Below are positions 57,365-64,000 of a DNA stretch of 64,000 nt, piece after piece; within the stretch, counting starts at the first letter, position 1, and every line of letters starts with the position of its first letter. The translations under genes were made by a program, and so were the position numbers. Below the pieces are notes generated by a model. That model saw nothing but the letters and a program-made list of their open reading frames with translations. It made no database searches and was not told the origin of the DNA. The stretch covers positions 3,875,295 to 3,939,294 of the forward strand of contig CBDHGE010000001.1 in assembly GCA_965262955.1 (NCBI GenBank), read 5' to 3'. Source of the DNA: Candidatus Poribacteria bacterium (GTDB lineage: Bacteria; Poribacteria; WGA-4E; WGA-3G).

Positions 57365-58025
57365 GGGATGCCGCATGAGGCATTCGGTGAAAAAACCGTA
57401 CTTAAAATTGGGACAGAAACCAATTTTAGCCCATACGATTCAACGGTTTGAGCAAAACAGTGCTGTAGACGCAATTTTTGTGATCGTTGATGAAGCAGAT
57501 TTTGCCGAATGCCATGCCACAGTGTTGGACCCATATTCTTTTCGGAAGGTGCAGGCACTTGTAGCAGGTGGGGAGACCCGTCAAGCGTCTGTTCAAAATG
57601 GCATACGCGCACTCTCAGCAGATGTGGATTTTGTGATTGTCCACGATGGAGTGCGTCCTTTTGTGACGGATGAGACGATTTTCGCCTGTCTTACAGCAGC
57701 AGATGCGTACGGTGCTGCTGTCGCAGCCGTGCCTGTGAAAGATACAATCAAAGTGGCGAATGAGGACTGCTTCGTTCTTGAGACACCGATGCGAGAACGA
57801 CTCTGGACAGTGCAGACTCCCCAGGTTTTTCGCAAGTCGCTGTTGGAAGAAGCACATCAGATAGCACAGCAGCGTCAACTTACTGCGACAGATGATGCTG
57901 CACTCGTTGAACAACTCGGTTTTCCTGTCAAGTTAGTGCCAGGAAGTTATGCGAATTTGAAAATAACGACGCAAGTGGATTTACAAATCGCGGAGGCACT
58001 TCTTGAAAATCGAGCTTTTGAATAG
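57324..58025 (+). CDS. ispD: 2-C-methyl-D-erythritol 4-phosphate cytidylyltransferase
   Basis: PAAGKGCRM motif, VHDGVRPF and TPQVF. The start is uncertain: ATG at 57309, 57324 or 57348, all in frame. Confidence 0.9.
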   Translation: MKSQVCTLMPAAGKGCRMRHSVKKPYLKLGQKPILAHTIQRFEQNSAVDAIFVIVDEADFAECHATVLDPYSFRKVQALVAGGETRQASVQNGIRALSADVDFVIVHDGVRPFVTDETIFACLTAADAYGAAVAAVPVKDTIKVANEDCFVLETPMRERLWTVQTPQVFRKSLLEEAHQIAQQRQLTATDDAALVEQLGFPVKLVPGSYANLKITTQVDLQIAEALLENRAFE

Positions 58026-58138
58026 CCACTTTTCTTAAATGTTCGTCGGCTGACTATGATTGGGAGATGGCGTCTACTCTCTAAAACCGTAGATCCAACC
58101 GACAGAAGTTTGCGTTAGAACACTGAATATAGACATAA

Positions 58139-58612
58139 ATGCGAGTTGGTATTGGTTACGATGTTCATCGATTGGTCTCGAATCGGAAACTGATTTTAGG
58201 CGGCGTTGAGATTTCATATCATTTAGGGCTGTTTGGGCATTCGGACGCGGATGTCTTGACACATGCAATCATAGATGCTATTTTAGGTGCAGCTGCCCTT
58301 GGTGATATCGGTACACATTTTCCTGATACGGATGCTCGTTATGAGGGTATGGACAGCCTTATTTTCCTACGTGATATTGTGGCAAAGGTGAGGCTGCGTG
58401 GCTACCAAATCGAAAACATAGACAGCACGGTTATCGCACAACGTCCGAAATTAGCACCTTACATTTCGGGAATCCGCACACGACTTGCCGAAACGCTTGA
58501 TGTCGCCGTGGAACAGGTAAACGTTAAGGCAACTACGACCGAAGAATTGGGCGTTGTTGGCAAAGGCAAGGCAATTGTCGCGCATGCTATTGCTTGTCTT
58601 TCTCGGTTATAG
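58139..58612 (+). CDS. ispF: 2-C-methyl-D-erythritol 2,4-cyclodiphosphate synthase
   Basis: The sequence is MRVGIGYDVHRL...GHSDADVLTHAIIDAILGA, 157 aa. Confidence 0.95.
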   Translation: MRVGIGYDVHRLVSNRKLILGGVEISYHLGLFGHSDADVLTHAIIDAILGAAALGDIGTHFPDTDARYEGMDSLIFLRDIVAKVRLRGYQIENIDSTVIAQRPKLAPYISGIRTRLAETLDVAVEQVNVKATTTEELGVVGKGKAIVAHAIACLSRL

Positions 58613-58657
58613 CTGTTTTTCTGTTAATTAACGTCAGGAGGAGTCAAAATCTAACAT

Positions 58658-60085
58658 ATGGGTATGCAAATCTATAACTCGCTGAGCCGACAATTGGAGG
58701 ACTTTGTACCACTAAGCCCTGAACAGGTGTCGATTTACAGTTGCGGTCCGACGGTTTACGATTACATCCACATGGGCAATGCACGCACCGCTTTGGTTAC
58801 AGATATTATTCGACGCTATTTGGCGTATAGAGGGTATACCGTCAAACTGGTTCAGAATTTGACAGATATTGATGACAAGATTATCAATCGTGCGGCAGAA
58901 CTTGGTGTTAGCGCGAAACAACTGGCGCATCAGAACGGTGAAGCGTTCTTTGAAGATTCACAACGTCTCGGTATTCATCCAGCGGACGTCCATCCGAAAG
59001 CAACTGAACACATTCCAGAAATGATAAGTTTAATTCAGACCCTGCTTGAAAAAGATGCAGCTTATATTATTGATGGTAGTGTCTATTATCGGGTGAATCG
59101 GTTTGCTGAGTATGGAAAGCTTTCCAATCGGAAGCCGGAGGACTTGCTCGCCGGTGCTCGGGTCGAAATTGACGAACGGAAAGAGGATCCCCGCGATTTT
59201 GATATGTGGAAAGCCGCGAAACCCGGTGAACCATCTTGGGAGAGCCCTTGGGGGAAAGGTAGACCCGGGTGGCATATAGAATGTTCCGCTATGGCGATGA
59301 AGCATCTCGGAACGACGCTTGACATCCATGTTGGCGGTGAAGATCTGCAGTTCCCACACCATGAAAACGAGATTGCACAGAGTGAGATGGCAACCGGATG
59401 CACCTTCGCGCGTTACTGGGTACACATCGCTTTTCTGAACATTGACGGCAGGCGTATGGGTAAATCCGAACAGAACTTTATCCTGCTACGAGACGCACTT
59501 GACAATTATCCTACCGAGGTGATTCGGCACTTCCTGATTTCGGCGCATTATCGGCACCCGTTGGATTATAATCGGGAGAGTTTGATGAAATCTGAAGGCG
59601 CGTTCAGACGTTTACGTAATTGTTTGGATACCCTGCAAAAATATGATGGGCAATTTGAGACAGACGAAATAACGAATTCATCCCTTCAACACGCAGTCCA
59701 TAAAATGAAGGCACAATTTACCACTGCGATGGATACAGATTTCAACACCGCACAGGCACTTGGTGCTATTTTTACCCTGGTCAGTGAAGTGAACAGATGC
59801 CTCAGGGACGCTAATGAGACTCCTCCATCTGTTTTCGCAGAAGCATATCACGCGTTAATTGAGACCTGTCAAGTCCTCGGTGTTTATGATACGGAGGAAC
59901 AGAGTAGCAATGAGGACAACGTAGAACAGCGCGATCATCTCATTGATCTCCTTTTAGAGATAAGACAGGACGCTCGAAGTCGCAAGGATTGGGACACGTC
60001 CGATAAAATTCGGGATCGACTTAAAGAACTCAATATTGAAATTCAGGACACCCGTGAGGGTGCTACTTGGAAAGTTGTATCATAA
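58658..60085 (+). CDS. cysS: Cysteine--tRNA ligase
   Basis: HMGNAR (HIGH-type) motif, KMGKS (KMSKS-type) motif and WHIECS. An AGGAGGAG RBS is present. Confidence 0.95.
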   Translation: MGMQIYNSLSRQLEDFVPLSPEQVSIYSCGPTVYDYIHMGNARTALVTDIIRRYLAYRGYTVKLVQNLTDIDDKIINRAAELGVSAKQLAHQNGEAFFEDSQRLGIHPADVHPKATEHIPEMISLIQTLLEKDAAYIIDGSVYYRVNRFAEYGKLSNRKPEDLLAGARVEIDERKEDPRDFDMWKAAKPGEPSWESPWGKGRPGWHIECSAMAMKHLGTTLDIHVGGEDLQFPHHENEIAQSEMATGCTFARYWVHIAFLNIDGRRMGKSEQNFILLRDALDNYPTEVIRHFLISAHYRHPLDYNRESLMKSEGAFRRLRNCLDTLQKYDGQFETDEITNSSLQHAVHKMKAQFTTAMDTDFNTAQALGAIFTLVSEVNRCLRDANETPPSVFAEAYHALIETCQVLGVYDTEEQSSNEDNVEQRDHLIDLLLEIRQDARSRKDWDTSDKIRDRLKELNIEIQDTREGATWKVVS

Positions 60086-60233
60086 CTAAGGCATTAGAAA
60101 TTGATGGCTCTTTCAAAGAAGACCACGTTCTGTGATGCCTATCTGATTTAAATCTGAAATTATTTATTAGTGAACAACAAGACCCGTAGCGCGAGGGCTT
60201 CTGCCTAAGTGCTGTATCAAAGGAGTAAAAGTG

Positions 60234-60869
60234 ATGTATCGGTTCATTACATTCTTTTCACTGCTCTGTTTTGTTGCTGTTCTCAGCGGATGTGCCGCGC
60301 TCTTCTCGGAGCAAGAATGGAGCGAGAATTATTCCCTACTGGAAGGGACACAAGCAACAAGCCCACAGATGATTGATGGCAAACTCAATACTATCGGTGA
60401 AACGACCTTCCCTGCAGGTTCACAAGGTTTTATTGGTGCTAATCCGGCATCTCAGGTAGTGATTACTTTACCCGAGAAAAAGATTATCCGTCGAATTGTG
60501 GTGCATTCCGATAATTTGACGGAGTTTGATATTTTCGCGGATAAAGGGAGCATCGCGGTTGAATCGGACTGGCAGCTAATCAAAGATGTAAAAAGTGTTA
60601 AAAGCAATCCGATTAAAATTTCATTGCTAATTCCGTTCCCAACGGATCGGATTCGGCTGCGAGTCTTGGGAACGAAAGATGATGCGTTGTTGAGCCGTCA
60701 GGAACGGGCACGCTCTGGTGGTAGAGGATGGAATATCAGTAGTCGCCGTGCTGTTGGTAAAATCCGAGAAATTGAACTCTACGGCTATAAGACCTCTGAG
60801 CAAGTGGCAGTCGAAGAAGCCACCGATAAGCGTGAAAAAGAACTTGATGATTTATTGGAATTGGAGTAA
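60234..60869 (+). CDS. Lipoprotein with a discoidin (F5/8 type C)-like domain (tandem copy 1)
   Basis: Lipobox VLSGC, with AAGGAG 8 nt upstream of ATG 60234. The pattern IDGKLNT...RRIVVHS...IRLRV...GKIREIELYGY resembles discoidin domains. Confidence 0.6.
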   Translation: MYRFITFFSLLCFVAVLSGCAALFSEQEWSENYSLLEGTQATSPQMIDGKLNTIGETTFPAGSQGFIGANPASQVVITLPEKKIIRRIVVHSDNLTEFDIFADKGSIAVESDWQLIKDVKSVKSNPIKISLLIPFPTDRIRLRVLGTKDDALLSRQERARSGGRGWNISSRRAVGKIREIELYGYKTSEQVAVEEATDKREKELDDLLELE

Positions 60870-60969
60870 TATAGGGGTATATCCCACTATGGCTGTTTAT
60901 ACAGTCCCGTTTCAACTTTAGACTGTCCGGATGGAACCTATGCTATTCCGGACAACAAGGAGGCAACAC

Positions 60970-61575
60970 ATGCGTTTTGGATTATTAGCCATAATTCTCT
61001 GTGGGTTGGTCGTGTTATCAGGATGTATTCTCTCTTCTAATCCGAATTTAAATTGGAGCAAAAACATCGCACTTGATGCAACGAGTGAGGATGCGAGATA
61101 CCACGACGACAATATGCACACACGCGGAGAGACCGGTCCCATTCTTGAAGATGAGAAGGACGAGGCATCCCAGATGGAATCTGATAAGTTCACGGAAGCT
61201 GTTCTCAGGTGGCGGCAGCCCCAAACAATACAGCAAGTTGTCGTTAAAGCCGAAGAAGGTCAACTTGAGTTCTTTGCCGTTCAGTATATGAATGAGGCGG
61301 AAGAATGGGTCACAGTTAAAGAAGTGAGAGACAACCTGCGTACGGTTTACAGGTTCACTTTGAAAGATCCGATTGTCACGACAAAGTTTCGCTTGAAAGT
61401 ACCGCGGCGTTGGGATTCACGTCGTATAACTGGGGGGAAACGGTCAACACGCGGTGAAACTGGGGCACCCACTGCACAAGAGTACAAAAAGATTCAAGAG
61501 ATTGAAATCTATTACGCACTCCCACCAGATCCAGTAGAAACCGCAACAGCGGAAGCCTCAACGGCGGAACAGTAG
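60970..61575 (+). CDS. Lipoprotein with a discoidin-like domain (tandem copy 2)
   Basis: AAGGAGG lies 6 nt upstream of ATG 60970, and the lipobox is VLSGC. Motifs shared with copy 1: IQQVVVKA, FRLKV, IQEIEIYY. Confidence 0.6.
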   Translation: MRFGLLAIILCGLVVLSGCILSSNPNLNWSKNIALDATSEDARYHDDNMHTRGETGPILEDEKDEASQMESDKFTEAVLRWRQPQTIQQVVVKAEEGQLEFFAVQYMNEAEEWVTVKEVRDNLRTVYRFTLKDPIVTTKFRLKVPRRWDSRRITGGKRSTRGETGAPTAQEYKKIQEIEIYYALPPDPVETATAEASTAEQ

Positions 61576-61645
61576 CGTCCTAATAGTAGACGCGCTTACA
61601 ATGTGAGCCAGCGAATTCTATCTGAACATCGCGCAAGGCGGGAAA

Positions 61646-62860
61646 ATGCTTTCTAACGAGACAATCAGTCTGATTCATTTAAACCTCATTCAAGGTGTTG
61701 GACTCAAAACCGTTCAAGTCTTGCGTGATGTTTTTGGTAGTGCGGAACGAGCTCTTCGGGCGACGGAAGACGAACTCAAAAAGATAGATGGACTTTCGCC
61801 GTCTATCTGTGATTTGTTGATACGCAAGCCCGTCTTGTATCCGGTAGAACGTGAACTGGAATTAATAAACGAGTATGGTTGTCAGGTGCTAACGCTTTAT
61901 GATGACGCATACCCGCCTCATTTGAAGGGGATTGATTCGCCACCACTTGTATTGTATATCAGGGGTGAATTGGTACCCGAAGACTCGCTAAGTATCTCAC
62001 TCGTCGGTTCTCGGAATGCAAAGGATTACGGGAGAAAGGTGAGTTATCGGCTGAGTTATCAACTTGCTCAAAGTGGACTGACAGTTGTTAGTGGGTTCGC
62101 GAAGGGTATTGACACTTCAGCGCACCGCGGGGCACTTGATGCAGGTGGTAGAACAATCGCAGTGATGGGGAACGGATTGAGCGTTATCTATCCGGCAGCA
62201 AATCGGGACCTTGTTAAGAAAATTGAGGCATCCGGTGCGTTGATTTCCGAATTCCCAATCGGGGTCAAACCGAAACCGAGCAATTTCCCACGCCGTAACC
62301 GCATCATTAGTGGATTGACGCTTGGAACCGTTGTGGTGGAAGCGTCAAATCGCAGCGGTGCGCTCATTACTGCCCGTCTCGCTGGTGAACAAGGTCGGGA
62401 AGTCTTTGCTGTACCAGGAGAGATTTTTTCTGAACTTTCAGCTGGTACCCACAGGTTGATTAATAATGGCGCGAAGCTTATTAACACTGTGGACGATCTC
62501 CTCAACGAGCTCCCTCGGTACGCGTTGAACCAAATTCAATCCTCAACATCCACATCGCCTGTACCGAATATAGAAACTGAATCTTCACAAGACCTACCTG
62601 TTGAGAAACGTGGCTCTCTACACGCTTCCACGCAACCTCCCTCCGAAGTACAGCAATCTGTTTCCAGCGTTCCTCCACCCGATTTGACACCGGATGAAAA
62701 GTTAGTTTTCAATGCTATTGAAGTCCCGTCATCGCATATCGATACCATTGTTCGGACGACACAACTCTCAATTGCTCAAGTTTCAAGTGTGCTTTTGATG
62801 CTGGAACTTAAAGGTATCATTCAACAATTGCCGGGCAAACAATTTGCCAAATCTAACTAA
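61646..62860 (+). CDS. dprA: DNA-processing protein DprA (Smf)
   Basis: The Rossmann-like DprA core is GSRNAKDYG...SGFAKGIDTSAHRGAL...FPRRNRIISGL. A low-complexity linker is followed by a C-terminal winged-helix-like end. Confidence 0.9.
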   Translation: MLSNETISLIHLNLIQGVGLKTVQVLRDVFGSAERALRATEDELKKIDGLSPSICDLLIRKPVLYPVERELELINEYGCQVLTLYDDAYPPHLKGIDSPPLVLYIRGELVPEDSLSISLVGSRNAKDYGRKVSYRLSYQLAQSGLTVVSGFAKGIDTSAHRGALDAGGRTIAVMGNGLSVIYPAANRDLVKKIEASGALISEFPIGVKPKPSNFPRRNRIISGLTLGTVVVEASNRSGALITARLAGEQGREVFAVPGEIFSELSAGTHRLINNGAKLINTVDDLLNELPRYALNQIQSSTSTSPVPNIETESSQDLPVEKRGSLHASTQPPSEVQQSVSSVPPPDLTPDEKLVFNAIEVPSSHIDTIVRTTQLSIAQVSSVLLMLELKGIIQQLPGKQFAKSN

Positions 62861-62889
62861 GAACTCAACTATTGACAAATGTGAGAAAT

Positions 62890-63945
62890 ATGAAAATACT
62901 CGGCATTGATACCTCATGTGATGAAACCGCTGCTGCGGTTGTTGCTAATGGCAAGGAAGTGATTTCTAATGTTGTTGCTTCACAAATTGAAGTACATCAA
63001 GAATACGGCGGTGTTGTCCCTGAACTCGCATCACGCAAACACATTGAGGCAATTAACTACATTGTAAGCCGGTCATTAGCAGAGGCAGGTGTCACGTTTA
63101 AAGACTTAGCAGCGATAGCAGTTACGAATCGTCCCGGCTTAATTGGAGCACTGTTAGTCGGTGTTGCGGCAGCGAAGAGCCTCGCCTATTGCCATAATCT
63201 ACCTTTGCTTGGTATTAATCATATTGAAGGGCATATCTACGCTAATTTTATGGTACATGATGCCTTACCGTTTCCGCATATCTGCCTTACGGTTTCTGGG
63301 GGACATACCTTGCTCGTGGAGGTTCACGAAGGATGGCAGTATAAGGTATTGGGGAGCACACAAGACGACGCTGCCGGTGAAGTCTACGATAAAGTTGCGA
63401 AGTACCTTGGACTCGGTTTTCCGGGTGGTAAGGTCATTGATGATCTCGCACAGAAAGGCGATCCATTGAGGATAAAATTTCCCAGACCGATGCGAGATAG
63501 CGGGGATTACCAATTTAGTTTTAGCGGTATCAAAACCTCGGTCCGTTATTTTGTCGAGAAGGCACGGCGCGGAGGCGTGCTTGTGGAAGATGAAGGAGAG
63601 GACACTCAGGGCTCAAACCCTGATATGGTAACCATCGAAGATATTGCTGCCAGTTTTCAAGCTGCTGTTGTTGATATCTTGGTTTACAAATCGATGCGTG
63701 CTGTGAAATCCACGGATGCCAGAGCAATAACACTAACGGGTGGAGTTGCTGCGAACAGTCAGCTACGTGCTTCACTGAAGACCGCTGCTACAGAAATCGG
63801 TGCTGAAGTCTACTATCCGCCGATGAGTTTGTGTACAGATAACGGTGCGATGATTGCGGGGATTGCTTACCAGAAGTATCAACAGGGGATGCGAGCTGGA
63901 CTTTCTCTGAATGCCGCTGCAAATGGTTCTATCGTGGATGTCTAA
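62890..63945 (+). CDS. tsaD: tRNA N6-adenosine threonylcarbamoyltransferase TsaD
   Basis: The sequence is MKILGIDTSCDETAAAVV...INHIEGHI...TLTGGVAANS. ATG 62890 is preferred over TTG 62872. Confidence 0.95.
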   Translation: MKILGIDTSCDETAAAVVANGKEVISNVVASQIEVHQEYGGVVPELASRKHIEAINYIVSRSLAEAGVTFKDLAAIAVTNRPGLIGALLVGVAAAKSLAYCHNLPLLGINHIEGHIYANFMVHDALPFPHICLTVSGGHTLLVEVHEGWQYKVLGSTQDDAAGEVYDKVAKYLGLGFPGGKVIDDLAQKGDPLRIKFPRPMRDSGDYQFSFSGIKTSVRYFVEKARRGGVLVEDEGEDTQGSNPDMVTIEDIAASFQAAVVDILVYKSMRAVKSTDARAITLTGGVAANSQLRASLKTAATEIGAEVYYPPMSLCTDNGAMIAGIAYQKYQQGMRAGLSLNAAANGSIVDV

Positions 63946-64000
63946 CGGAGGAGACCGATTTTGGAATCTGATATATGCCTTGAAGCAGTAAAACACCTGA

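Overview
The window holds about 54 protein-coding genes from a moderate-GC (roughly 45-50% by eye) bacterial chromosome. I recognised no rRNA, tRNA or CRISPR array. All family calls come from reading the translated ORFs by eye, with no searches run.

There are two kinds of content.

(1) Conserved housekeeping blocks:
- hflK-hflC, thiC, glcB, argH, pyrF
- tyrA-cmk-plsC, ychF
- rpsF-ssb-rpsR-rplI-dnaB followed by mlaE-mlaF-mlaD-like genes
- radA-yacL-ispD-ispF-cysS, dprA, tsaD

(2) Accessory content typical of sulfatase, WD40 and TPR-rich heterotrophs. The lineage may be Poribacteria- or Planctomycetes-like, which is only a guess.
- Tandem paralog pairs: Gfo/Idh/MocA oxidoreductases, SAM methyltransferases, TonB-dependent receptors (one frameshifted) and discoidin-like lipoproteins
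- A WD40/TPR/TPR cluster
- Two dispersed paralogs of a roughly 630-aa polytopic membrane protein of unknown function
- A RelE/ParE toxin paired with an unusually long 239-aa upstream partner

The most unusual signal is non-coding. A strand-locked, modular intergenic repeat family fills nearly every gap in the first 10 kb. It has TAAAATCCGCG...TTCAGACA units with 9-10 nt ATCC periodicity, a 42-nt double-hairpin module and a 44-nt CCAACAACTTATAAC module. Two further non-coding families are present: REP-like palindromes nested in a MITE-like element, and small GTAGG-headed hairpins that show compensatory stem changes.

An MCE protein with a long helical region and a beta-barrel-like C-terminus is also worth structural follow-up.
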